Numbered from the stretch's first letter, positions 8,874 through 19,140 are shown. The stretch: DNA of 64,000 bases from a bacterium (GCA_021823685.1 JAKANL010000005.1:5489-69488), one strand, 5' to 3'. Notes: generated by a model from the letters alone, not told the origin. Translations and numbers: made by a program.

Positions 8874-10079
8874 ATGAAAAATAATACACAATCGTATATC
8901 CCGCTTGCCGAACGCATGCGGCCCACAAAACTTGAGCATTTTTTTGGACAGCAGCACCTTATGGGAATTGATGGTTTTCTGAGAAAGGCCATCGAAGCAG
9001 ATATCATTCCCTCAATGATTCTTTGGGGGCCTCCAGGAACGGGCAAGACAACGCTCGCCTCGATAATAGCAAGCGAAACAAAAGCGGTGTTTACCAGATT
9101 AAGCGGCGTTAACAGTGGCAAACAGGATCTATCTGCCGTAATTACTCGCGCAGGCGAAAATAAATTCTTCGGCAAAAAAACGATTTTATTTATCGATGAA
9201 ATTCACCGCTGGAACAAAGCACAACAAGATGCGCTGTTGCCCCACGTTGAACACGGAACGGTAACACTTATTGGTGCGACAACGGAAAATCCAAGTTTTG
9301 AAGTAATCTCCGCGCTCATTTCGCGCAGTAGGGTACTTGTTTTAAATAAACTTGATGCGCACGATATCCAAGAAATTCTCCGGCGAGCGCTCACCAATAA
9401 AGAAGTCGGCCTTGGCCAACAGCAGATACATATAAACGAAGATATCATCACACAGCTCTCAAAACTCGCCAATGGCGATGCACGCATGGCACTTAATACC
9501 CTTGAGGCTGCCGTTGAACATTCAGCAACGATTACCGAAGACATCATCAAAAAAGTGCTTCAAAAATCACATCTATATTACGATAAAACCGGTGAGGAGC
9601 ATTATAATATCATCTCTGCTCTCCACAAATCTATGCGCGGCGGCAACGCCAACGCAGCACTCTATTGGCTTGCCCGTATGCTTGAGGGCGGCGAAGATCC
9701 GGTATATGTTGCTCGTCGATTATTGCGTTTCGCCGCCGAAGACGTGGGCTTGGCCGATAATTTTGCACTCATACTCGCTAACGCAACGTTTGATGCCTGC
9801 CATAAGCTTGGTATGCCGGAATGCAACGTTCACCTAGCGCAACTGGTCGTTTATCTTGCGCGAACAAAAAAAAGCGTCAGCGCTTATTTTGCTTATGGAC
9901 GCGCAAAAAAGGACGTTGAAACATACGGCAACCTGCCAGTACCTATGCATTTGCGCAATGCTCCAACAAAGTTAATGCAAGAACTGGGCTATTCTAAGGG
10001 ATATAAATACACGCCTATTGAAGATAGCAGCGACCAAGAATATCTGCCCGAAGAGCTCAAAAAGCGAACGTATATCTGA
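8874..10079 (+). CDS. rarA: Replication-associated recombination protein A (AAA+ ATPase RarA/MgsA)
   Basis: PLAERMRP...LEHFFGQQHL, Walker A GPPGTGKTT, Walker B ILFIDEIHR, and the C-terminal MgsA block YYDKTGEEHYNIISALHKSMRG...ALYWLARML. ATG at 8874; the track start at 8748 is TTG. Confidence 0.9.
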   Translation: MKNNTQSYIPLAERMRPTKLEHFFGQQHLMGIDGFLRKAIEADIIPSMILWGPPGTGKTTLASIIASETKAVFTRLSGVNSGKQDLSAVITRAGENKFFGKKTILFIDEIHRWNKAQQDALLPHVEHGTVTLIGATTENPSFEVISALISRSRVLVLNKLDAHDIQEILRRALTNKEVGLGQQQIHINEDIITQLSKLANGDARMALNTLEAAVEHSATITEDIIKKVLQKSHLYYDKTGEEHYNIISALHKSMRGGNANAALYWLARMLEGGEDPVYVARRLLRFAAEDVGLADNFALILANATFDACHKLGMPECNVHLAQLVVYLARTKKSVSAYFAYGRAKKDVETYGNLPVPMHLRNAPTKLMQELGYSKGYKYTPIEDSSDQEYLPEELKKRTYI

Positions 10080-10131
10080 TCAGCAGTTTCATGGCAGACA
10101 CACCCCTGGCCGGCCAAGAGTTTGGCCGCTG

Positions 10132-10150
10132 AAATGGCGCGCCATTTTTT
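10132..10150 (+). terminator. Intrinsic terminator after rarA
   Basis: The perfect palindrome AAATGGCGCGCCATTT is followed by a T-run. Confidence 0.55.
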
Positions 10151-10226
10151 AATCACGGTTCATCGATTTTGATTGAGGCGAGAATATAGTCTATTCTATA
10201 GAAATAGAGATTGAGTTATCGATGCT

Positions 10227-11537
10227 ATGCGAAAACTTTTTATGAAAAAAACAATAAAACTGCTTTTTGGTTTTCTTTTGATCCAGCGTTCGTTGATGGC
10301 TATGGATCTTTTTGACGCTATTAAAACGGAAAAATTTGATTCTGTACGTGCGTTGGTGGGTGAACATCCAGATATGGTAAATTCTAAAGACCGTGATGGC
10401 CGCACCGCGCTTTTAGTATCCGCAAGTTTGGGCAGATTAGAAATGGCGCAGTTCCTGGTTGAACAACGTGCTGATGTAAATGCCAAGACTTTGGCGGGTG
10501 TTACGGCTTTGATGGAGGCATCGAGCGGGGGTTTTCTTCCTATAGTGCAACTATTGCTTAGAAATGGTGCTCATGTAGATTCGCGAAAAGGTCCAGGGGG
10601 TGAAACTGCACTGTTTGTGGCTATGGGCAAGGGAGATCTTTCCTGCGTACGTGAATTAGTTACAACCGGGCATGCTGATTTGCGCATTTGTGATTATCGG
10701 GGGCATTCACTTTGGGATGTTGCGCGTGGTAAATGCAGGCATTCTAAGAATCACTTTACTGCACTACCCAATAAAGTTGAGCTTATTCGCTACCTCAACA
10801 GAATCTTGTATGATCCGGTAGACAAAGGGGATGTTGCATTAGTACAACAACTGCTTGGCCAAGGCGCAAGCGCGGATCCCTTGGAAGAAGAATTTATAAC
10901 ACACGCATCGATTAGTTCTTTGCCCGAGGAGGCTCAAACAGGTGAAACGGTGCTTATGCAAGCAACGGCTGCCGGTAATATAGAAATGACAAAAACCTTG
11001 CTGGCATATGGTGCCAACGTTGATGCACGCCGTAAGGATAATGGTGAAACGGCCATTCGCATAGCAGCGCAAAAGGGACTGGTTGAGATTGCGCAAGAAC
11101 TTCTTGCGCATGGCGCGAATGTCGATATTCCTGATAATCACGGTTATACGCCACTCATGTTGGCATCTATTGATAATATAGTTGGAATAGTCAGGGCGCT
11201 TCTTCCTCATACGCAAGCCATTGATGCCAAAAATAAAGATGGCAAAACTGCGCTCATGCTTGCTGCTAATGAAGTAATTGCGCAATTGCTTATTGATGAA
11301 GGTCATGCAAATGTAAATCTGGCAGACAATGCGGGAAAAACAAATCTTGAATATGCTGCGCAACTTGGCAATGCGCAATTAGTCGCGCTTTTGCTTCAGC
11401 ATAAGGCACGAGCTGGCATGGTAAAGGCATTTCAGTCTGCCTTTGCACGGCAGTCTGCAGAAGGATTCATAGAAACAGCAAAAGAGCTTTCTTTGTATAT
11501 GGCGCTGGAATCACTGCGTGGTAAAAAATCTGCGTGA
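10227..11537 (+). CDS. Secreted ankyrin-repeat protein (about 9-10 ANK repeats)
   Basis: Signal-like N-terminus MKKTIKLLFGFLLIQRSLMA|MD. It contains repeated G.TAL..A...G....V..LL..GA.V(D/N) units, for example DGRTALLVSASLGRLEMAQFLVEQRADVNA and NGETAIRIAAQKGLVEIAQELLAHGANVDI. Confidence 0.9.
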   Translation: MRKLFMKKTIKLLFGFLLIQRSLMAMDLFDAIKTEKFDSVRALVGEHPDMVNSKDRDGRTALLVSASLGRLEMAQFLVEQRADVNAKTLAGVTALMEASSGGFLPIVQLLLRNGAHVDSRKGPGGETALFVAMGKGDLSCVRELVTTGHADLRICDYRGHSLWDVARGKCRHSKNHFTALPNKVELIRYLNRILYDPVDKGDVALVQQLLGQGASADPLEEEFITHASISSLPEEAQTGETVLMQATAAGNIEMTKTLLAYGANVDARRKDNGETAIRIAAQKGLVEIAQELLAHGANVDIPDNHGYTPLMLASIDNIVGIVRALLPHTQAIDAKNKDGKTALMLAANEVIAQLLIDEGHANVNLADNAGKTNLEYAAQLGNAQLVALLLQHKARAGMVKAFQSAFARQSAEGFIETAKELSLYMALESLRGKKSA

Positions 11538-11596
11538 TTTTCTATTCACCATCACCACGTCTCCCCCTTTTATTTAAACCTATCTTTAAAAACAAT

Positions 11597-12307
11597 TTAA
11601 TCTTTTGCCATCGCCTGCAAACGGAGGAAATCAGGCATTTTTTCTACTGAATAGCGCAAGGCCGTACGTGGCATAACCCCTTTATGTTTGACAACATAAT
11701 CAAAAACTTCTTGTTGATGTTCTCTGCTCGCTTCTTTGAGTAACCAGCCATACCCTTTTTGCACCATATCGTCGTTATCACACAAAAGTATGTCGGCAAT
11801 TTCAAAAATACTATCCAAAAATAACCCCTTCTTGGCCGGAATAATAAGTGAAACTGCAGCAGCGCGCCTGAACCACCGATTTGTAGATTTCCCCCACTGT
11901 TTTAATCGAGGCACATATTCTGGGTATCTTTGCATAAATGAACCGATCGCATGATTACATAAATGGTCGCACTTTGCCCAGGTATCTACATAAGCGCCAA
12001 CCCAATGCTCCAAACGATCAAAGTCATCCGGCGTAAATTGTTCATGGATGCGATCAGCCCAGAATCCAGCAATCCACGCATCTTCACCAAAGCCTGAAGC
12101 AAAAAAGTGCTCGCACAGCACAAAAATTTCTTTTTTGGGCAGTTTTTTTACTTCGACAAAATATTTTTTGGCAATACGAGCCACAACGGCAGATTTGACG
12201 CCATAAAACCGTGCATCTTCTTTGAAAAATTTTTGAAAACTATTTTTGATTTTTTCGTCAGCATTGGCGGCAAGTTCTTCACGTACCGCGCTAACAATTT
12301 CGTTCAT
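11597..12307 (-). CDS. DNA alkylation repair protein (AlkD-like HEAT-repeat family)
   Basis: 236 aa. ELAANADEKIKNSFQKFFKEDARFYGVKSAVVARIAKKY and the later W.RRAAAVSLI and GWLLKEASR blocks fit the PF08713-type DNA alkylation repair proteins. Confidence 0.7.
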   Translation of the reverse strand: MNEIVSAVREELAANADEKIKNSFQKFFKEDARFYGVKSAVVARIAKKYFVEVKKLPKKEIFVLCEHFFASGFGEDAWIAGFWADRIHEQFTPDDFDRLEHWVGAYVDTWAKCDHLCNHAIGSFMQRYPEYVPRLKQWGKSTNRWFRRAAAVSLIIPAKKGLFLDSIFEIADILLCDNDDMVQKGYGWLLKEASREHQQEVFDYVVKHKGVMPRTALRYSVEKMPDFLRLQAMAKD

Positions 12308-12453
12308 ATTGCCCCGTTAATTTTAAAAGCTTGTACGTCTTAATTTTACCATTTTTTATCTCACCCGTATCTGGACCAGGTCATCATTACCTGAATTGAA
12401 GCAATCTTCGCCCCCGGACATTTTCATGATATACTGAGTGTGTTGATATGAAC

Positions 12454-12528
12454 GCGGGAATAGCTCAGCGGTAGAGCATTGCCTTCCCAAGGCAAGGGTC
12501 GCGGGTTCAAATCCCGTTTCCCGCTCCA
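12454..12528 (+). tRNA. tRNA-Gly (anticodon CCC), CCA encoded
   Basis: Acceptor GCGGGAA pairs with TTCCCGC. Anticodon stem-loop is TTGCC-TTCCCAA-GGCAA, the T-loop is TTCAAAT, and the end is T-CCA. Confidence 0.9.
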
Positions 12529-12535
12529 AATTTTT

Positions 12536-12730
12536 TTAAGAATTAATCACAAAAATAAATTTAAATACAGTTTCCCAATTCCAACTGTAATAGCGCTTCC
12601 AATCTGGGATACTCGCCAATTTTTGATTAATCTACTTGTTTGTTTTAAAGTGCCACTTTAAAATAGGCAAGTCACGCTGATTTCCCGCAGCTAGAAAACT
12701 CTGCCAACTATGCGCAATCCCGGAAAACAT
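12536..12730 (-). pseudogene. Possible RelE/YafQ-like toxin remnant interrupted by one in-frame TAG
   Basis: My translation is MFSGIAHSWQSFLAAGNQRDLPILKWHFKTNK*INQKLASIPDWKRYYSWNWETVFKFIFVINS*. It starts 10 nt after the decayed antitoxin and ends 8 nt from tRNA-Gly. The DWKRYYS...FKFIFVI part weakly resembles the (G)DWKGY...LIY core of RelE/YafQ toxins. Confidence 0.3.
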
Positions 12731-12738
12731 CGAATCTC

Positions 12739-12934
12739 TTACTTTTTAGATTTTTTTCTCTTAGCCCTCAAAGAGTACTCGCTAAGCTTCCCACTCCGTG
12801 CCTCTTGTCGCGCCATAAGAACGTTTTTTATGAATTCAGGACTCAAGTCAGGATCTTCCGCTGCGGCTTGTTTTTGAGTAAGCTTTTTTAATGGCCAAAT
12901 GAAGTTGTCGTACAAGTTCGGCCTTTGCTAACAT
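12739..12934 (-). pseudogene. ParD-like antitoxin paralog, frameshifted at an A6 run
   Basis: An AAAGGAGAG RBS precedes the ATG at 12934, and frame 1 reads MLAKAELVRQLHLAIKK... before stopping early. A second frame after the A6 run (T-run 12884-12889 on the + strand) reads LTQKQAAAEDPDLSPEFIKNVLMARQEARSGKLSEYSLRAKRKKSKK*. That part is clearly homologous to the intact antitoxin tail AEENPDLTYDFIKNILIARQEAQSGKLGEYPLKVKRKI. Confidence 0.6.
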
Positions 12935-12984
12935 CTCTCCTTTGTTTAGATTGAGTTGTATACGTTGGCTAAAAGGAAGATTAA

Positions 12985-13188
12985 ATGGGCGCAGAAAAAT
13001 CAATAAGCCCCAAAAAAATCCATGTCGCGCCAAAAACTACCAGGCAAAGTATCTTCGGGAAAGCTGCCGATCGGCCTAACAAAAATCTTCTACTAACCGA
13101 AATTGATACCGCATTCAGAAAGTTTAGGCGCAATAAAAAGGCATGGAAACAAGAGCTTGATGAGCGCCGAGAATGGGGGGGGATTTAA
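12985..13188 (+). CDS. Small hypothetical protein (67 aa)
   Basis: An AAAGGAAG RBS lies 5 nt before the ATG, and the ORF ends right at the hairpin at 13189-13211. I recognise no family. Confidence 0.3.
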   Translation: MGAEKSISPKKIHVAPKTTRQSIFGKAADRPNKNLLLTEIDTAFRKFRRNKKAWKQELDERREWGGI

Positions 13189-13211
13189 CCAGAAATTTCT
13201 GCCCCCCTTTT
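13189..13211. terminator. Hairpin/terminator copy 1 (CAGAAATTTCTGCCCCCC+T-run)
   Basis: It shares CAGAAATTTCTGCCCCC-TTTT with 13858-13884. The two copies bracket the intact toxin-antitoxin pair. Confidence 0.5.
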
Positions 13212-13262
13212 TACTTTTGAAAAGATCTTTGATCAACCATTAACTCGTCAGATAGCCGAAAT

Positions 13263-13535
13263 TTATCTTTTTAGATCACGATAAAAATTTTCATGCGGAC
13301 CAACGGAAAGTAAAAAAAGCAACTCATCATCCTCATCAAATTCGTAGGCAAGCAGCGTTAATTGATTAACCATCTTGAACTTATATACCTGAACACCGCA
13401 AAGATCGCCTTTTTTCGCAACACCTATATGCGGATCACGAACAATCTTTTCTATGGCAACGTCTAAATCTTTTTTTTGGTTTTTATTTATCTTTTTTATC
13501 TGTCGAGCAAACGTCGGCGTTTGCAGAACCTTCAT
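13263..13535 (-). CDS. RelE/ParE-family type II toxin
   Basis: 90 aa. MKVLQTPTFARQIKKINKNQKKDLDVAIEKIVRDPHIG...LCGVQVYKFKMVNQLTLLAYEFDEDDELLFLLSVGPHENFYRDLKR follows the RelE/ParE pattern. It overlaps the upstream antitoxin by 4 nt (ATGA). Confidence 0.8.
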   Translation of the reverse strand: MKVLQTPTFARQIKKINKNQKKDLDVAIEKIVRDPHIGVAKKGDLCGVQVYKFKMVNQLTLLAYEFDEDDELLFLLSVGPHENFYRDLKR

Positions 13536-13765
13536 ATCTTTCTCTTAACCTTCAAAGGGTACTCGCCAAGTTTTCCGCTCTGCGCCTCTTGTCGAGCTAT
13601 AAGAATATTTTTTATGAAATCGTAGGTCAAATCCGGATTTTCCTCGGCGATTCTGCCTATTTTTGCCCAATGTTCTATTTGGCCGGCTATGGACCGATTA
13701 ACCGCTTTGGACATGACCTTTGCATCAGCAACGATAGTATCAGATAGTTTCACGGCAGTTGCCAT
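13532..13765 (-). CDS. ParD-like type II antitoxin
   Basis: From the ATG at 13765: MATAVKLSDTIVADAKVMSKAVNRSIAGQIEHWAKIGRIAEENPDLTYDFIKNILIARQEAQSG. This fits the ParD-like (PF11903-type) antitoxins, and the gene is translationally coupled to the toxin. The longer track ORF (to 13849) is probably an overextension. Confidence 0.7.
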   Translation of the reverse strand: MATAVKLSDTIVADAKVMSKAVNRSIAGQIEHWAKIGRIAEENPDLTYDFIKNILIARQEAQSGKLGEYPLKVKRKI

Positions 13766-13857
13766 AATATGCCTTTCTGTGTTCGACATCCCTAGGTAAA
13801 CTTTATGCCAAAATGCAACTTTTTGCAACCAGATACAACCGTAAACCAAGACAGAAA

Positions 13858-13884
13858 GGGGGCAGAAATTTCTGCCCCCTTTTA
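13858..13884. terminator. Hairpin/terminator copy 2, downstream of groEL
   Basis: GGGGGCAGAAATTTCTGCCCCC is a perfect hairpin with T/A runs on both sides, located 34 nt past the groEL stop. Confidence 0.7.
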
Positions 13885-13917
13885 TTAATTACAAATTCAG
13901 CAATCTGAGTTACCAGA

Positions 13918-15573
<1,656 letters not shown>

Positions 15574-15855
15574 CTATTCTACTATGCCCAAAATGTCTTC
15601 TTCGCGAATCACGAGCATGTCGTCGCCCGCATCAGTACCGGCAAACTTGGCAAAAAATACCTTATCACCGACTTTGACAGCCAATGGCAACACTTTGCCA
15701 TCTGCCATCACCCGGCCAGAACCAACGGCCAATACTTTGCCAATTTGAGCTTTTTCTTTCGCCGTTGTCGGTATGACAATCCCCCCGGCAGTCTTTTCAT
15801 CTTCTTCGAGGCGCTGTACCACAACGCGGTCGTATAATGGTCGTATTTTTTTCAT
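15574..15855 (-). CDS. groES: Co-chaperonin GroES (10 kDa)
   Basis: 93 aa. [26 protein letters not shown]...[10 protein letters not shown], located 18 nt upstream of groEL. Confidence 0.97.
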   Translation of the reverse strand: MKKIRPLYDRVVVQRLEEDEKTAGGIVIPTTAKEKAQIGKVLAVGSGRVMADGKVLPLAVKVGDKVFFAKFAGTDAGDDMLVIREEDILGIVE

Positions 15856-15905
15856 ACGATCACTCCCAATAAAAACATTGTTTTATGTAACCTTTAGCAA
15901 TACCT

Positions 15906-15933
15906 AGTATACGCCAAAATAAGGCGTTTGCAA
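15906..15933 (-). promoter_or_regulatory. Putative sigma70-type promoter of groES-groEL
   Basis: The minus strand reads TTGCAA-16 nt-TATACT about 50 nt upstream of groES. The spacer contains the inverted repeat ACGCC-N7-GGCGT. I found no canonical CIRCE (TTAGCACTC-N9-GAGTGCTAA). Confidence 0.3.
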
Positions 15934-15993
15934 GAATAACCTTTATAGAAGTTGACTCAAGTTTTATAACAGAATTAGCAGCAGATTCGAAGA

Positions 15994-16707
15994 TCAGAAA
16001 TTAGCCGACCAAACCGATTCATCAGCCGGCGGAATTTGATTTAAAACGTGGTGCCCAAAAGCCTTTATCCGTTGGCCTTGCACCTGTATTCCATCAAAAA
16101 GATTACTTGAGCGCGCGCACACCGATCGTAATGGACGCAGAAACAAATCGGCAATTTTTGCAGCCACCAAGGTCACTTTGGCAGCGATGGCCACCGGTTT
16201 TTGGATATGTAATTTTGCAAAACGCATTTGCCACCGCTTGATTTGTTCAGCAGCGTTAATGCCGTCATCGTGGCATTCCTGAATATCATTAATCTGTTGT
16301 TGCGGAATATCATTCCACCACTGCACAATCGGAAGCAGCAACCAACGCTTTAAAGGGCTACGCATAAGATCTTCCAGCTGCGCTAGATCGTCAATTTTGT
16401 CGTGAGGGAAACAGGCCACTGAATAAAGGCGCCCAGCGCCAACCAATGGCTGCGTGTGCGTAACAAGTCGGCTCGCTGCGCGGCCCGTTTTGGCTATGGC
16501 AGACATGCCCATACCCAAAACCATGGCGCCAACACCAACGCTCGGCGGCAAAACGTAAGATTGCGAGTGATAATCTCTGACCGGTTTTTGCTGATCGGAC
16601 GTGCTTGTACCGGCGTACCGCAAAACTCCTTGCGGATCGTTAAAAAAATCCGCCCGAATCTTGGTCACGAAAAAAAGGGTAAAAAAACACATCCATTTAA
16701 CGTTCAT
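15994..16707 (-). CDS. Hypothetical secreted/membrane protein
   Basis: 237 aa. Signal-like N-terminus MNVKWMCFFTLFFVTKIRA|DF and an internal hydrophobic segment VGVGAMVLGMGMSAIA. I recognise no family. Confidence 0.5.
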   Translation of the reverse strand: MNVKWMCFFTLFFVTKIRADFFNDPQGVLRYAGTSTSDQQKPVRDYHSQSYVLPPSVGVGAMVLGMGMSAIAKTGRAASRLVTHTQPLVGAGRLYSVACFPHDKIDDLAQLEDLMRSPLKRWLLLPIVQWWNDIPQQQINDIQECHDDGINAAEQIKRWQMRFAKLHIQKPVAIAAKVTLVAAKIADLFLRPLRSVCARSSNLFDGIQVQGQRIKAFGHHVLNQIPPADESVWSANF

Positions 16708-16866
16708 TAAGCATTCCGATCGATAGATTCCAGAAGAGCCATCCCCACGTTTTAAGCATACCTTTTTTGAACAAAAATGTCCAGCGAGAAATATTTTTCA
16801 GCATTTTACAAAAAGAACCTCCAAACGTATGTTGAGAGGGTATATTTTTAACCGAAAGGATATGCC

Positions 16867-17709
16867 ATGAAATTATTGGCTCCTATTATCATGTTTTCTT
16901 GCTGCTGCACTATGCATGTGCTTAAGCCAGTTTGCTGTTCAACGTGCCCCTGCAACAAAAAGGCGCGCGACACTAAAGAATTAGTCAGACAAGCCTACGG
17001 CAAAGTCGCTCAAACGGGCGATTGTTGCGCCTGCGTTGGCGGCTGCTGCGGCGGCGGCAAAGATCTCTCGAAATATATTGGCTATTCTGAAGAAGAGCTC
17101 AAAAGTATTCCAGAGGCAGCTAACTTGGGGCTCGGGTGCGGCAATCCAGTTATGCTCGGCGAAATCAAAAAAGGGGCTACGGTTCTTGACCTGGGCTCTG
17201 GCGCTGGTATCGATTGCTTTTTGGCAGCCAGAAAGGTTGGGCCAACGGGTAACGTGATCGGCGTTGATATGACGCCTGATATGATCAAAAAAGCACGGGA
17301 AAACGCCAGCAAGCACCATTTTACGAACGTTGAGTTCCGGCTGGGAGATATCGAGCAATTGCCCGTCAAAAGCGATTCGGTTGATATCATTATAAGCAAC
17401 TGCGTTATCAATCTGGCGCCGCATAAAGATAGGGTATTTAAAGAAGCATATCGTGTCTTGAAAAAAGGCGGTAGCATGTATGTTTCTGATGTCGTTTTAC
17501 TTGCCCCGCTCACGCGAGCCCAGCATGACGACGTTAAATTACTCTGCGCCTGCGTTTCTGGGGCACTTCCTAAAAACGAATGCATCAAACGGCTCCAAGA
17601 AACCGGATTTAGCGTTAAAGTCGTAGGCCTAGATACCAGCATCAATAAAAAGTGGTTCAACGACAGCAAGCTGCCAATTGCTAGCCTTAAATTCATTGCA
17701 ACAAAGTAA
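16867..17709 (+). CDS. arsM: Arsenite S-adenosylmethionine methyltransferase (ArsM-like) with an extra Cys-rich N-terminus
   Basis: GLGCGNP, VLDLGSGAGIDCF (SAM motif I), SNCVINL and LLCACVSGAL match the conserved cysteine-bearing blocks of ArsM. The N-terminus has CCC, CC, CPC and CCACVGGCCGGG clusters. Confidence 0.75.
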   Translation: MKLLAPIIMFSCCCTMHVLKPVCCSTCPCNKKARDTKELVRQAYGKVAQTGDCCACVGGCCGGGKDLSKYIGYSEEELKSIPEAANLGLGCGNPVMLGEIKKGATVLDLGSGAGIDCFLAARKVGPTGNVIGVDMTPDMIKKARENASKHHFTNVEFRLGDIEQLPVKSDSVDIIISNCVINLAPHKDRVFKEAYRVLKKGGSMYVSDVVLLAPLTRAQHDDVKLLCACVSGALPKNECIKRLQETGFSVKVVGLDTSINKKWFNDSKLPIASLKFIATK

Positions 17710-17716
17710 CCGTATA

Positions 17717-17751
17717 CTAAGGGCCCCGATTAAATCGGGGCCCTTAGATTT
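17717..17751. terminator. Bidirectional intrinsic terminator
   Basis: CTAAGGGCCCCGAT-TAA-ATCGGGGCCCTTAG is a perfect hairpin followed by a T-run. It lies between convergent arsM and the VOC gene. Confidence 0.8.
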
Positions 17752-18171
17752 TTAAGCTTCGTTTTTCTTTGCCGCGCCTTCTTGCTCTTTCATCTTTTTG
17801 ACCAGCTCTTCGACCTTTTCTGGTGTTGGCTGGTACAAATCGATCACATTGCCACCCGGGTCTTTGATGCTTGTCATGATGCCATGAACGGCCTGGAAGG
17901 GCTCGCGAACAAATTCAACGCCAGCGGCCTTAAAATCGTTGTAGGCACCCTGAACATCAGAAACCTCTAAAATGATACCCGTGTGCCGGTCAGGAAGCTC
18001 CTGGTCGGTTGGGCATAGCCCCAACTTAATATCGCCGATCATAAGCTCTGCCCATTTGCCCTGCAAGTGGAAAGCCAGCGTAAATCCCATCTTTTGGTAA
18101 AACGCGATAGCTTTTTCGATATCCCGCTCCATGACAATAAGCATGCCTACTTTGATTTGGTATGTGGCCAT
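17752..18171 (-). CDS. VOC (glyoxalase/bleomycin-resistance/dioxygenase) family protein
   Basis: 139 aa. VGMLIVMERDIEKAIAFYQKMGF...HTGIILEVSDVQGAYNDFKAAGVEFVREP...IKDPGGNVIDLYQP is a typical paired beta-alpha-beta-beta-beta VOC pattern. Confidence 0.75.
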   Translation of the reverse strand: MATYQIKVGMLIVMERDIEKAIAFYQKMGFTLAFHLQGKWAELMIGDIKLGLCPTDQELPDRHTGIILEVSDVQGAYNDFKAAGVEFVREPFQAVHGIMTSIKDPGGNVIDLYQPTPEKVEELVKKMKEQEGAAKKNEA

Positions 18172-18368
18172 TAAATCACCTCTTTATGCCTAGTTCATCG
18201 TATATTCTACCGTCTTATCACGTAAAAAACCATGCTTTAGTGAGCACCTGTCATAAATCTCAGTCTGATATAAAATTATACTTTACTTAGCAAAATATTG
18301 CTTTATATAAAAAAATAATATAGGCTTAATAGCGAAATGGGCCATTTGGTAAATTAGGGGTTTTAGCT

Positions 18369-19028
18369 ATGGTTAAAATATTTCCATCACTCATGTCGGC
18401 AAATATCTTAGAACTAAAAAAAGAAATAGAATTACTTGAGCCGCATTGTGATGGTTTCCATTTAGATGTCATGGACCTGCATTTCGTGCCCAATCTCACC
18501 TGGGGGCCCACCATTATCAACGCAATTGCCAAAGCGGTAACCAAGGAACTTTTTATCCACCTAATGGTTGAAGAACCAGAAAAAGTTATTGAGTACTTAC
18601 AGCTCCCAGAAAATTCAATTATCTCTTTTCATAAAATAAGCACGGCCAAACCAAGTTCCGTCATCAAAAACATCAATAAAAAAGGCTGGCGCGCAAGCTT
18701 AGCCATGAGCCCTGACGACCCAGCCGACGGCGTTATTCCGCTTATTGATCAAATACACCAGGTACTCGTTATGGCAGTCAGACCGGGATCTTCAGGACAA
18801 GAATTTATTCCGCAAACGCTCGATAAAGTTAAATTCTTGGATAAATACCGCAAAGAACACGATTTATCATTCCGCATCGCCATCGATGGCGGTATTAATG
18901 AAGATAATATTAAAAAGGTCGTTAAAGCTGGCGTTGATGACATTGCTATGGCCTCGGCGATTTTTAAAGCCGAAGATCGCATACAGGCCCTCAAAAAATT
19001 GAGAAAATTAGCTGGCGATAAAGAATAG
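18369..19028 (+). CDS. rpe: Ribulose-phosphate 3-epimerase
   Basis: 219 aa. IFPSLMSANILELKKEI...DGFHLDVMDLHFVPNLTWGP...VMAVRPGSSGQEFIP...IAIDGGIN. Confidence 0.9.
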   Translation: MVKIFPSLMSANILELKKEIELLEPHCDGFHLDVMDLHFVPNLTWGPTIINAIAKAVTKELFIHLMVEEPEKVIEYLQLPENSIISFHKISTAKPSSVIKNINKKGWRASLAMSPDDPADGVIPLIDQIHQVLVMAVRPGSSGQEFIPQTLDKVKFLDKYRKEHDLSFRIAIDGGINEDNIKKVVKAGVDDIAMASAIFKAEDRIQALKKLRKLAGDKE

Positions 19029-19066
19029 AGAACATTATCAAGCATGCCGGCGAGAGCCAAATAGAT

Positions 19067-19140
19067 TGCGCCTGGCTGGATTCGAACCAGCGACCTACGG
19101 ATTAGAAATCCGTTGCTCTATCCAACTGAGCTACAGGCGC
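19067..19140 (-). tRNA. tRNA-Arg (anticodon TCT), CCA not encoded
   Basis: The reverse complement is GCGCCTGTAGCTCAGTTGGATAGAGCAACGGATTTCTAATCCGTAGGTCGCTGGTTCGAATCCAGCCAGGCGCA. Acceptor GCGCCTG pairs with CAGGCGC, and the anticodon loop is TTTCTAA. Confidence 0.9.

Noticed and set aside
12479-12661. 60-aa ORF on the + strand
   Set aside because: It starts inside tRNA-Gly and runs antisense to the toxin remnant. It is an artefact.
15856-15993. CIRCE/HrcA operator upstream of groES
   Set aside because: I searched both strands for TTAGCACTC-N9-GAGTGCTAA. Only isolated half-site-like fragments (TTAGCAAT / TTGCTAAA) are present, with no partner at the right spacing.
16981-17696. 147- and 204-aa minus-strand ORFs over arsM
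   Set aside because: The + strand product has all the ArsM/SAM-methyltransferase motifs. The antisense ORFs have no recognisable features.
17752-18171. The VOC protein next to arsM as the C-As lyase ArsI
   Set aside because: ArsI has a characteristic vicinal Cys pair and is longer. This protein has a single Cys (LGLCPT), and it is transcribed convergently with arsM, so I kept it as a generic VOC protein.
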